Shown here: in pieces, positions 49,729 to 62,669 of the stretch
Layout: each line of letters opens with the position of its first letter
Position numbering within the stretch: position 1 is the stretch's first letter
Assembly (NCBI GenBank): GCA_038087875.1
Contig: CM075996.1
Coordinates: 2,854,001-2,918,000 of the forward strand
DNA: 64,000 nt
Direction: 5' to 3'
Source: Malacoraja senta
Lineage: Eukaryota
Notes under the pieces: generated by a model
Database searches by the model: none
Seen by the model: the letters and a program-made list of their open reading frames with translations, nothing else
What the model was told of the DNA's origin: nothing
Translations under genes and position numbers: made by a program

Positions 49729-50107
49729 CCAAAGATCCTATAGCAAACAAGATAGTGCACTCCTGCTAAAACCAATGGGCTGACGTGTAGTACGCTACGG
49801 AGCGGAATGTCGGCCATTTCAGTAAACCCGACTTTGTAAATCCCTCTCGCAGTGTAATCAGCGTTGCGGGGGATCAGTTTGCGTGTGTGTGAGATATAGT
49901 GTTAAACGGATTATTCATAATTCTGTTAATTCATAATTCTTCTATTTTTTGTTAATAATAATTAATTTTGTTAGTGTCAATAAATTATAATTCTGTTAAT
50001 TTTCTTTTTTTAATGTTTTTTTTTAATTTTCTTTCAAGTTTTAAAAAATAAATTCTTGTGCCGTGTTTGAGTTGATGTTTGTATTAAACTTGCACTAGGA
50101 TCTTTGG
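49729..50107. mobile_element. Probable MITE, unclassified
   Basis: Perfect 12-bp inverted repeat ccaaagatccta ... taggatctttgg enclosing CpG-containing and AT-rich sequence. Confidence 0.55.
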
Positions 50108-50324
50108 ATAGCAGTGCGGAAACGGAAGCCGGTTACGGAAATGGGGCCAAAGATTACCCGTGACCCTAGTACCTCTTTTTCAACGAGTGGGCTATCTTTG
50201 CTCACAACGGAGGGGGGAGGGAAGGAGGCATCGGTATGCGATAATAATCCATGCAACAAGCATGTAACCCCCCCCCCCTCCATCTCTCTATCCCTCCCCC
50301 ACCCGTCATACCAGCTTCAAAGAC

Positions 50325-50750
50325 ATATCTACAAAATCCTGATCCTCACCTACAAAGCCCTCAACAACTTGCCCCCCCCCCCTTATCTCACTGACCTCCT
50401 CTCTCCCTACCAACCCTCACGGTCCCTCAGATCCACATCAGCTGGTCTCCTCTCCACTCCGAAATCAAACCTCTGCACTTTTGGAGGCAGAGCCTTCTCC
50501 AGGGCAGCTCCCAGGCTCTGGAATTCCCTCCCACAACTGGTCCGAAATTCTGAGTCCCTCACCATCTTCCAGTCCCGCCTCAAGACCCATCTCTTCACCT
50601 CTGCATACCCTTAGTCCCATGTTCCCCTCCCCTTTGCATCTCTGTCTTACTGCTCTATTTTGTTTTGTTTATTCTTGACTCTCAATGTAAAGCGACTTTG
50701 AGTCCTGAAAAGCGCTATATAAATAAAATGTATTATTATTATTATTATTA
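50325..50750 (+). mobile_element. L2 LINE 3' end
   Basis: YKILILTYKALNNL.PPYLTDLL..YQPSRSLRS...FGGRAFSRAAPRLWNSLP...LKTHLF; tail gtaaagcgactttgag...aaagcgctatataaataaaatg(tat)n. Confidence 0.88.
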
Positions 50751-53700
50751 TATTGAGACCCATTATCTGTACCCGTTCTCACCTAGGCCACAGCTAACAA
50801 TGGCCTGTTTTCTAATCATCGTTACTTTTTTGCATCTTTCATTCATTTTTTCTATCCCTTTACATCACCGTCTATATCTCTCGTTTCCCTTATCCCTAAC
50901 CCTCGACCTGAAACATCACCCGTTCCTTCTCTCCAGAGATGCTGCCTGTCCTGCCGAGTTATTCCAGCTTTTTGTGCCTGGATAAAACCTGTGGCGCTAA
51001 ACAATGCAAGCTCAAAACGAACAAGCAATTTATGTTCACAGCTGGCCGAGTTAGATTGGCGAGACTGTTTAAACTGGACCCGTGGCCTTATAACTATAGA
51101 AAAAGGAAAAGAAAACACCAAGATCCTAAGGGACAATTACTGTGGTTTCTAGGATTAACCTCGGCTGGGAATTTTTTGCCTGACTGAAACGATGAATAAT
51201 ATCAAAGACCACAGTCCATCAGTTCCACAGTGGGATAGCACCTTCAGTACGCAGCAGAAGCTGAAAGTTGCAAGCTAGCTTCCGAAGAGTTTGCAAACAA
51301 AGTCAGAAAGGGAATCCAACCATCTCCATTTGGCCCTCAAATCCACCAGCGAGAACCTCAGTGCAGAAGCTATGTCGTTATATAATAATGAGCATTTGAC
51401 GGCACTGGGCCTGTACTCGCTGGAGATTAGAAGGTTGAGCGGGGACCTCATTGAAACTTACCGAATAGTGAAAAGCCTGGACAGAGTGGATGTGGAGGGG
51501 ATGTTGCCACTGGTGGGAGAGTCTAGGACCATAGGGCATAGTCACAGAATAAAATGACGTGCCTTTAGAAAGGAGGCAAGAGGGAGTTTCTTTAGTCAGA
51601 GGGTGGTGAATCTGTGGAATCCATTGCCACAGAGGGCTGTGGAGGGCAAGTCAATGGATATTTTTAAGGCAGAGATTGACAGATTGTTTTAATTAATACG
51701 GTTATCAGGAGTTATGGGGTGAAGGAAGGAGAATGGGGTTGAAAGGGAAAGGTAGATCAGCCATGATTGAATGTAGTAGACTTGATGGGCCGAATGGCCT
51801 TAATGTGCTCCTACAACTTAAGAACAATGCATTTCACTTCAGGAGGGAGCCCCTTTTGCAACATATTTCCAGTTAGGAGAGAAAAAAAAGTTAACTGCAG
51901 CCAGGGCTAATTCTGTCACAAAAACAAAGTGTAAAAACTAGAAACTGCAGATGCTGGGTTACACAAAAACCGCAATGTGCAAGAGTAACTCGGATCAGGC
52001 AGCACCTCCGGAGAACATGGATAGGTGATGTTTTGTTTCAGAACTCTTCTTCAGGGTGATGGTCTGAACACAACTGGTTCCTCCAGCACTTTTGGTCTAT
52101 TTGCTCGAAATTCCAGCATCCACAGTCACGTCTCCCTTCAGGGTGAATTCTATGCTCATTTCTTGCACAACACCAACGAATCTACCCAACTATTCCCTGC
52201 CACACAGCTTCTGCTGGGATGCCATGGTGTACTAACGGAAGCAATGTGATAGCTCATTCATGACTGCACTTTATTTTATTTTTTATTTAATTATTTTATT
52301 TCAAACAGAATAAACGAATAAAAAGCAAGTGTGAAACAGCATACAAAAAACTAAACAAGAATATTTATAAAGTGTCATAAACAATATCTATAAATAAATG
52401 AAATCGTATGTGTCCGAAAAGGAGCAGGAAGAAGCCAAAGCTTATTAATTCCCACCCCTTATTCAACTGCTTATTCATCCGATACAAATTTAGCAGCTAT
52501 ATGTACACCAGCAACTATATGTACACCAAATTTACATTTATACACTAATCAAATACTTACAAAGCCATACAAAAAAAGAGAAAAAAAGAAAAAAGAAAAG
52601 AAAAACCCCTCATATACTATACAGTATCTCTTAGTCATATATACAACCCACCACCCTATAATCACCCTTCCCAATACAATCAGTATAACAAATATCCTGT
52701 TCCAGGAGATAAAACGTAGAGGATGTTTAGAGATACAGCGCTGAAACGGATCCTTCACCCCACCAAGTCCATGCTGACCAGTGACTCCCATACACTAGCC
52801 CCATCCTATGCACTAGGGACAATATATATATATTTTTTACGGACGCCAATGCTCCTAGAAACCTGCACATCTTTGGAGTGTGGGAGGAAACCAGAACCGA
52901 TCCGGGGAAAACCCACGCAGGTCACGAGGAGAACGTACAATCAGCACCAGTAGTCCGGATCAAACCCACGCCTCTGGTGCGGTAAGCCAGCAACTCTACT
53001 TCAGCGCCACCGTGTTATCCTGCGATCACAGGAACAGCCTGCGGAAAGGGCAAGTCTTGGCAAGCAAGTCTGACTAGATAACTTTGTACTAATTGCCAGT
53101 CCAGTAATATTTAAGATGTAGGCTCTACTGGTACTGGCAAAGCATCGAGTTTCACTTTGAACAATCACAACTAATAGTATTAGCCTTTTCAAAGCACAGC
53201 AGCTGTCATTGTGCTGAAGAAAATGAGAAATCAGAATGAAATTAAGATAATAGTATATAATGCAAATTAAAGTTTTCAACAAAATAAAGATGCCAAAATA
53301 CATCCTGTTAATGATATCAAATGCTAATTTCCCTCCAGAGTTAAGTGGCTGTGAATTTAAGAGCCACTCTGGACAAATGAACACCAGAATCTATTCTTGA
53401 CACTACAATGTAGTAACTAAAAGGGTCTTGCACTCTTGTCCAAAGTGCTGGAGTAACTCAGCAGGTGAGGCAGCAGGTGTGACGTTTCTGGTCAGGACCC
53501 TTCTGCAGTCTGAATGAAGGTCCCGGCCCAAAGTGTCACCTACCCATATTCCCCAGAGATGCTGCCAGACCCGCCGAGTTACTCCAGCACTGTATCCTTT
53601 TGTGTAAGCCGGCATCTGCAGTTCCGCGTTTCCAAAGTTAACTTCTAATTTTAATGTTCGCTAATTGAAATTCCTTTTGTCCTCCATAATAGTACTGGCG

Positions 53701-55541
53701 AGTTTAAACTACCAACTACTCCAGATTCCAATCTTAACTGATGTTCGACCCAAGAGTTTATATGGGGACGTTTTTAAATGTTTTATCTGGGGAAGAATAT
53801 TATTTTCTTGCACAATAGCAATGTTTCTCGTTTATCTGGGCTAACAAAGTTACCTTACAGCAGCCTTAGATTTCTATGCACACAACTATGTTCTTTTGGG
53901 AACAAGTAGCTGCAGATGCTCAGTTACAAAAAAAAAGACAAAGTGTTGGAGTAACTCAGCATGTCGGGCAGCATCTCTAGAGAACGGGGCCACAGTTTAA
54001 GAATAAGGAGTAAGCCATTTAGAACGGAGACGAGGAAACACTTTTTCTCACAGAGAGTGGCGAGTCTGTGGAATTCTCTGCCTCAGAGGGCGGTGGAGGC
54101 CGGTTCTCTGGATGCTTTCAAGAGAGAGCTAGATAGGGCTCTTAAAAATAGTGGAGTCAGGGGATATGGGGAGAAGGCAGGAACGGGGTACTGATTGGGG
54201 ATGATCACTGGCGGTGCTGGCTCGAAGGGCCAAATGGCCTGCTCCTGCACCTATTGTCTATTGGGCCATGTGATGTTTTTAGGTTGCAGTGATTTTTCTT
54301 TTCTTCAAATGTTTTTTTTTTTTTTTTAAACAGAATTTGTGTAAAGTTTGATCTTCACATGTCTGGCCCTCCATAACCGAGGGACGACCTGTATTTACCC
54401 CACAACCACGTCTTCGCTATATCCTCGACACCAGTGATCATCTTTCAATAGTACTTCACAATCCTTCAGGATATTCTTTAAAAAAAGGCATGGAAGGTGC
54501 CATGAATGCAAGATTCCCATAAAACATCTTTATTAACAGTGCGATGCCAGGGCTGGTGGAGGCAGATGTGATAGTGGCATTTAAGAGGCTTTCAGATAGG
54601 CACATGGATATGCAGAAAATGGAGGAAATATACAGATGACAAACAGGAAGAGATTAGTTTAACTTCACATCGTATTCGGAATGGGCATTGTGAGCTTGAA
54701 GGGCCTGTTTCTATGCTGTACTTTTTCATGTTTAGCAGATATCCAAGATGCACAAGGAGAACTCCGTCCTTTTTTTTGCCATGGACCACAGATGAATATA
54801 AACCAGAGAAGAGGGGTCTAGCTTATCTAAAAAGGATGAAAGTGTGACAGAGTGCCGAGGTCATCCTGCAGAGGGTCAGTCTGCTTTAAGGCCTCGAGTC
54901 CTACCATGGAACTTGTGGAACACAAACCTACTTCTTTGGACTTCTTTGGAGGAAAGGGCAAAAGACTTTTGATTTGTCCACTTTTGTAGAGAGATTCAAT
55001 CGGTGACCCAAGTCGCATAATTTATTTAAGCACAAGAATGATTCACAGAAACATAAACAGGTGCAGGAAGAGGCCATTCGGCCCTTCGAGCCAGCACTAC
55101 CATTCATTGTGATCATGGCTGATCATCCACGATCAGTAACCCGTGCCTGCCTTCTCCCCATATCCCTTGATTCCGCTAGCACCTAGAGCTCTAAGATTCC
55201 ATTCCCTAGCACAAAGAAAACACGCAGATAGTGTAGCGCATTCTAATAATTTGTCACGGAGATGTCAAAATTTCTATCTCAGATCACAGAAATAGAAACC
55301 CAAATGAATGGCGTGAGTCACGAACACTCAATGAAATGTAAAAATAAGTAGTTCTAGAAGGAACTGTGGGAGGGAGCACACACCCACAGTGGGGACTAGT
55401 TGCATCTATCCACGTCACATCTTTCATTTATATAATACTCTAATATTTAGTCAGATATACACTTCTCTTCTCCAAGAAAATAAATTAGTTTGACACCAGG
55501 TCTCTCCATCTTTCTCCCTCCAAAGAACTTCTTTAATAACC

Positions 55542-55843
55542 GGGCGGCACGGTGGTGCAGCGGTAGAGTTGCTGCCTCACGGCGCAGGAGACCCGGGTTC
55601 AATCCTGACTATGGGTGCTGTCTGTACAGAGTTTGTACGTTCTCCCCCCGTGACCCGCGTGGGTTTTCTCCGGGTGCTCCAGTTTCTTTCCACACTCGAA
55701 AGGCGTGCAGGTTTATAGGCCAATTGGCATGATAAAATTGTAAATTGTCCCTAGTGCGTGTAGGATAGCGTTAGCGCACGGGGATCATGGTCGGCGCGGA
55801 TTCAGTGGGACGAAGGGCCTGCTGCCATGCCGTATCTCTAAAT
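55542..55843 (+). mobile_element. HE1/V-type SINE
   Basis: Same consensus. Confidence 0.88.
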
Positions 55844-57242
55844 TATTTAAAAAAATCTTTGCCCAAGAATTTGACCAGCAGTTTCAATATCCACCAGTAT
55901 AGAAACAAAGAACTGCAGATGCCAGTTAATACACAAAAAGACCCAAAGCGCTGGAGTAACTCAGCAGGTCAGGCAGCATCTCTGGCAAACATGGACAGGT
56001 AACGTTTCGGGTCAGGAGCCTTCAACGGTTACTCCAGCACATTGCCATTTTTTTGTAAACCTGCATTTGCAGTTCCTAGTGTTCCAACATCTTGTGTGGC
56101 ATGTGCAACATGTTTTGATTGATGCATTAAGCAATTTGTAGGAGCTATTTAAGATTCTCTGCATTATCTATTCAGGTTTTGTAGATTCAGAATAGAGATG
56201 GCTTCCTAATGTGAATCTTTTCAGGGAACTCTGTTTACTTTTTGTATACCTCAGAAATTTGTTCATTCACCGAATATGTTCAAGACAGATTCATGGTTTT
56301 CTTGGGTACTAAAGGGAACTTGTTCCATTTATGTGTAGGAAGGATGCACAGATGCTGGTTTACACTGAAGATCGACACAAAAAGCTGGAGTAATTCAGCG
56401 GGACAGGCAGGATCTCCGGATGGAAGGAATGGATGGCATTTTAGATCGAGATGTCTGAAGAAGGGTCTCAACCCGAAACGTCACCAATTCCTTCTATAGA
56501 GAGATGCTGCATGCATCGTTCCATTTATGGGCCACTATTCAAAGTCTGAAGTACTACCATGCAGACTACAGAAGTCAAGTCAAGTCACTTTTATTTCTAT
56601 AGCACATTTAAAAAACAACTCTCGTTGACCAAAGTGCTTTACATTGGTGGAGATACTAACTAGAGAAGCACCAGGTGATTCTTCATCACCATGATCTTTG
56701 AACACCAATATTGTTCTGGACGACCGTGGGTTGTGATGGGCAACATAGTAATGAAGAGATGCTGCAAAATTGAATATGGGGAGCAGTTAATATCAGCAAG
56801 CCTTGGCCGTTAACGCTTGCGGCAATTGTTTGGGGCTATATGTAGAAGACCTGCACGATGGAGTTAATCAGCCACCCGTAATCTTACTTGGACTCAAGGG
56901 GTTTGAAGAAGGGTTCCGACCTGAAACATCACCTTTTTTCCTTTCCTCCAGAGATGCTGCCTGACCCGCTGAGTTACTCCAGCATTTTGTGTCTATCTTC
57001 GGTTTTAATCCAGTATCTGCAGTTCCTGCCTACATACTCAAAGGGTTATATTGCCCATTCTCAGAAAGTAGGCTTTCTCCATAATAAGCTCATTTCACAG
57101 AATCATGGGAGTCCTCAAAGTAATAAAGCAGATCATAAAAAGTCATATAATTGCTGAATTACCATGAGCCAATGACTGGCTAGAGAAAAGGCAACTTTTT
57201 TGGCATTATCTAGAGCAAGTTTCAATTTGTCTTCTAAAACGC

Positions 57243-57722
57243 AAACTTCCCACGCATTAAAGCCAGGTGATTTATTTAGTTCCTGTAATCAAGAGACTTT
57301 GGGTAGCGATTCAAACTGTGGGGAGTTCTCGTGTACATAAACAGATGAGTGTACAAGCCCAGACACACCGCAAAAGGATACCACCGCACAAATCGTTACT
57401 GTACAATATGGTACTGTACAAATGGGGCGGCTTGGTATAAATGTAAAAAAAATGTCCAGTGTGTGTGTGTGAGTGTTAATGTGAGGGGAACGCTGGTCGG
57501 TGCGGACTCGGTGGGCCGAAAGGCCTGTTTCCACGCTGCATCTCTGAACTAAACTAAACTTCCACACATTAAAGCCAGTGATTATTTAGTTCCTATTCAT
57601 GTGACTTTGTGTAGCGATTCCCACTGTGGCGAGCTCTCTTGTACATCAACTGATGAGTGTACAAGCGCAGACACACCGCAAAAGGATACCATTGCATAAG
57701 TCAGCAATTGTTACTGTACAAA
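57243..57722 (+). repeat. Diverged direct duplication (~165-175 bp) flanking a SINE 3' fragment
   Basis: 57243-57420 and 57557-57722 share aaacttcc...attaaagccag...tagcgattc...gatgagtgtacaagc.cagacacaccgcaaaaggatacca...gttactgtaca. Confidence 0.85.
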
Positions 57723-57749
57723 TTGGATTACTCACAGTTCCACGAACTT

Positions 57750-59065
57750 GTGAGAGAATAGGAATGACAAAAATAGTAGAGTTAAATATGCGTGGCTAAA
57801 AGGTTGATGCAGGGATTCCGATTTTGTTGGAGAATTGGGATCTCTTCTGGGAAGAAGTGACCTGTACAAGAAGAATGGGTTGCACCCAAATTAGAAAAGG
57901 GAAAAGGAAACGCAGCGGTAGAGTTGCTGTCTCACAGCGCCAGAGACCCGGGTTTAATCCTGATTATGAGTGCTGCCTGTGTGGAGTTTGCACGTTCTCC
58001 CCGTGACCTGCTGGTTTTTCTCCAGGTACTCCGGTTTCCTCCCACACTCCAAAAGACGTACAGGTTTGTATAATAATTGGCGTTGGTAAAGATTATAAAT
58101 TGTCCCTAGTGTGTGTAGGTTTGTGCTAGTCTACGGGGACGGCTGGTGGGCATGGAATTGGTGGGCCGAAGGGCCTGTTTCCATGCTTTATCTCTAAACT
58201 GCATTACAGACAGGCAGGACCTCGGGCCATAGATGGGCACTTTATGGGTGGGATACTGTAGCTATTAAAGAATCATGGCCAAGTGAAAGACAGGACTGGC
58301 AGCTTAATGTTCCAGGATGCTGGTGTTATAGGTGTGATAGAAGTAATGGGAACAGCAGAATGGGGAGTTGCATTTTGGATTTAGGAAAACGTGGCAATAT
58401 TCTGAGATGCAGTTACTGAGGGAACATTCAGTGAGGCTTTACTGGAGGAGCTGAGAAATGGGCGGCACGGTGGCGCAGCAGTAGAGATGCTGCCTTCGAG
58501 CGTTGCAGCACCAGAGACCAGGGTTCAATCCCCACTACGGGTGCCGTCGGTACGGAGTTTGTACGTTCTCCCTGTTACCGCATACCATATTCGGTTTCCT
58601 CCCACACTCCAAAGACGTACAGGTTTGCAGGTTAATTGGCTTGGTACAAGTGTAAATTGTCCCTTGGATGGTGTTAGTGTGCGGGGAAAAGCAGGTTGGT
58701 GCAGACTCGGTGGGCCGAAGGGCCTGTTACCACGCTGTATCTCCAAACCAAACAAGGAGGCTGCAATCACTTTGTTGGGATTGCACTAAAGCCCCCAATT
58801 AGAGGAATTCATATGCAGGGAAATTGTGGAGAGTTGCAAGAATGGTAGAGGATTTTAACTTTCCTAATTTTTGACTGAGACAACCATAATGCTAAGTGTC
58901 AGAGGGGTGAAATTTGTTAAGTGTTCCAAAAATCTTCCTCGGGCAATATAATGGACCCAACTCAGAGGGCAAAGCTTGATTTTGTTTTGGGAAATAGGGC
59001 AGGGAAAGTGTGGCTAGTGGGGAAGCATTTTGGTATCGGTGACCATAGTTCTATTAGTTTAAAAA
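57750..59065 (+). mobile_element. Old CR1 5' region remnants (ORF1 esterase end and ORF2 AP-endonuclease), interrupted by SINEs
   Basis: Degraded NWDLFW..LYKKNGLHP, QDWQLNVPG..YRCDR, DFNFP, LDFVLGN and HFGIGDH motifs. Confidence 0.6.
58460..58752 (+). mobile_element. HE1/V-type SINE inserted into a CR1 remnant
   Basis: Same consensus. Confidence 0.85.
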
Positions 59066-60322
59066 CACGCCACCCTACAGTTTTTAAATGTAATTTAAAA
59101 TAGGAACTGCAGGTGCTGGTTTATACCAAAGATAGACACAAAATGCCAGAGTAAAGGGGAGGCCATTTAAAACTGAGACGAGAAAAAACGTTTTCACCCA
59201 GAGAGTTGTGAATTTGTGGAATTCTCTGCCACAGAAGGCAGTAGAGGCCAATTCACTGGATGAATTTAAGAATTAGATACAGCTCTAGATATGGGGAGAA
59301 GACAGGCACGGGTTACTGATTGTGGATGATCAGCCATGATCACCATGGATGGCGGTACAGGCTCGAAGGGCCAAGTTGCCTCCTCCTGCACCTATTTTCT
59401 ATGCTTAAATCGGAAGGTCAGGCAGCATCCCGGGAGAAAATGGATGGGTGATGTTCTCTGGAGGAAATGGATAGCTGAAGAAGGGTCCAGACGCAAATCC
59501 TCACCCATCCATTTTCTCCAGCGATGCTGCCAGACCTGCCGAGTTACACCAGCCTACAGTTTCCTCCATTAGACAGGAACTTATAGCACCAATAACATGC
59601 ATTCTCAACCAAGAAATCGTACATTGCTGTGTTATAAAAGATATAGGAAAGCACTCAACACATTCTTCGAAGACAAGGAGGAAGTGTTTTAAAAAAAAGC
59701 AAGATCTGTTGCCGAGCAACAAAGAAATGAAAGATATTTCCCTAATTAATGACTTTTGAAATCCCGGTTATACAGATGGAAATGAAAGACCCAAGGGCAG
59801 AGACCAGTTCAAACCCCAATGTTATTAAACTTTGTGTGGAACACCAGCCAGTTTTAGGACAAGTTGCAACATGTCTAGTTAACTGTACTTCTGCACCAGC
59901 TTATTAAGGGATTCTAAATATCCTTTCAACTGACCATTAAAGACTTCATTAGCATAGTAAAGCAAATCAAAAGTCTTGTTTTATTCTGCTTCTATAACAC
60001 TTTGTGACCACGGTGTTTAGATTAGTTTAGTTTAGAGATACAGTGCGGCCATCAAGTCTGCACGACCAGCGATCCCTGCACATTAACACGACCCTGCACA
60101 CACTAAGGACAATTCTTTTTACATGTTACACCAAGCCAATTAACCTACAAACCTGCACGTCTTTCGAGTGTGGAAGGAAACCGGAGCACCCGGGGAAAAC
60201 CCACGCGGTCACGATGAGAAGTTACAAACTCCGTACAGGCAAGCACCCATAGTCAGGATTGTGCATGGGTCTATGGCGCTGCAAGGCAGTAGCTCTACCT
60301 CAACGCCACCGTGTCACTCTAA

Positions 60323-60976
60323 AGCACCTGTCCCACTTACGTGTCCTTGGCACGCTAATTATGCGACCTCGTGGTCGCGTTGAGCCGCGATTACATTCGA
60401 CCGCACAGCCGTCTGGAGCGCGTGACGTCATTTGAAGATGGGCACAAAATGCAGGAGTAACTCAGCGGGACCGGCAGCATCTCCAGAGAGAAGGAATGGA
60501 TGATGTTTCGTGTCGAGACCCTTCTTCAGCCCGAAACGTCACCCATTGCTTCTCTCCGGAGATGCTGCCGGTCCTGCTGAGTCACTCCTGCATTTTGTGT
60601 CCATCTTCGATTTTCTTGGCCCCGCTCTGGGAGTAGAAGTGGGGGCGGATCCGGACCGCAACGGCCGTGAGCCCCAGGCCGAGTTCGGCGATCGTTTGCC
60701 TGCTTCTGCTGCTGTTGGAGGTGAGACGTTGCATCGCGCCAGGGTCTTGGGCCTGTCCCACTTTGGCCGTCAGTTCCGCGACAGGCCGTTAGCGCGCGAA
60801 GATTTTGTTCGCCACAAAAAATTTCGGAGCCCCGCGCGATGTCTCGCACAACCACATACCCCTCCGCGCTTCTCAGTGGGACCGGCCCCGCGCGGCCATA
60901 CGATGCCCGTGCGCCTCAACGCGACCATGAGGTCGCGTAAATTGCGCGCCAAGGACACGTAAGTGGGTCAGGCCCT
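60323..60976. mobile_element. PIF/Harbinger-type MITE with ~60-bp TIRs and internal cargo
   Basis: Left end cctgtcccacttacgtgtccttggc...gcgttgag mirrors right end ctcaacgcg...ccaaggacacgtaagtgggtcaggccct; flanks TAA and TGA. Confidence 0.78.
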
Positions 60977-62383
60977 TGAAGCACTTCATAGCCTATGAGT
61001 TTAATACTTCAGTGCTGGGAGGGAGTTTTGACAAACAACAACGTCCACATCAGTTGTTGGAGCAGCACTGAAGGACAAACGTTAGCTAAGCTAGCAGATA
61101 ACTCAGCTCAACAAAAGCTTCGATTGTGCCAACTTAATGACTCCCCTTGAAATTGTAAACCAAGGTCTCATTGATACTTTGGAAAAATTCCACCCATTAG
61201 ATAACATTTAATTTTCCCCCAAGCAGCCTACAAGTTCCAGGAGCAGAATTGGGCCATTCGGCCCATCAAGTCTACTCTGTCATTCCATCATGACTGATCT
61301 ATCTTTGTCTCTCAACCCCATTCTCCTGCCTTCTCCCCATAACCCTTGACACCCGTACTAATCAAGAATCTATCTCTGCCTTAAAAATATCCATTGATGG
61401 CCTCCACAGACTTCTGGGGCAAAGAATTTCAGATTCACCACCATCTGACTAAATAAATTCCTCCTCATCTCCTTCCTGAAGGAATGTCCTTTAATTCTGA
61501 GGCTATTACCATTCTGTCCAAACCTTTCACTATTCTGTATGTTTTCAATGGAGTCCCCCCCTCATTCTTCTAAACTCCAGTGAGTACAGGCCCAGCGCCA
61601 TCAAACGCTCATCACGCATTAACCCACGCATTCCTGGGATCATCCACGTCAACCTCCTCTGGACTACCCTTTAGAATGGAGACCGAAAAAGAGTCCAATC
61701 CAAAACATCAAGATCTTTTTTTTATTTCGAGTTCCGATTCCCTGATGTAATACTAACTTCACTGATGTGAAAATTAAGAAAAAGCAAACTGACCAGTTTT
61801 AGTGAGGCACATACATTGCGAGTTTAGCTCTGGCTTTCGACCCGCTAGAATTATTATTGAAAAAATATATTTTTTTTTCTCCTTCAGATAATGAGGTAAT
61901 CCAAGTTTCAGAAAGAAAATCAATTGGATTTTGATCAAAAAAGTTATCTGAATAAGGGTTCCTACCTCTCCCCTGACTCACCCCAAAACGTCACCCATTC
62001 CTTCTCTCCAGAGATGCTGCCTGACCCGCTGAGTTACTCCAGCATTTTGTGTCTATCTTGGTATAAACCAGCATTTGCAGTTCTTTCCTACAAACTTTGA
62101 TCAACACTTTTTCTGGCTTTGACGAAACATGTTGGCAACATCTGAGAATTTCATTATGTTTTGCAAGCTGCAAAACCAGTTCCAACAAACGTGCCTGATC
62201 ACTGCAAAGGAATGTCAAGCTTACAAGCAAGCTCCCCAATAGAGACGGATCTGGCTAAAATATACCCCGGTAAACAAATGGAAAGCTATAAACTAGCATT
62301 GTACAAGACCTCATGTTGTTCTGCATCCCTAGCCCGAGCTGTACCGAATTCTTAATGTTTGACTGCATTACCATCACCATTAA

Positions 62384-62669
62384 AGGGGCTGTCCCACTGT
62401 ACCAGCTAATTCAAGAGTTCTCCCGAGTTTCCCCCGATTCGAACTCGGAGAATTACGGTAATGGCCGCTCGTTGGAACTCGGGGCTCTCGTGGACATTTT
62501 TCAACATGTTGAAAAATCTTCACGCGTTTCCCGAGTACCTGCCGTTAGCGTTACGAGCCGCTAAGAGACGTCCCGAGCTCTGACGTACATTCTACCTGCT
62601 TACCACGCGTTTGATTTTTTTAAAACTCGGGAGAGCTCTTGAATTACCATGTACAGTGGGACAGGCCCT
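62384..62669. mobile_element. PIF/Harbinger-type MITE
   Basis: 19-bp TIR AGGG(G/C)CTGTCCCACTGTAC with one mismatch; TAA on both flanks; no ORF. Confidence 0.8.

Noticed and set aside
57645..57690. Hammerhead at ctgatgagtgt...acac
   Set aside because: No GAAA after the putative stem II, and the other copy has cagatga.
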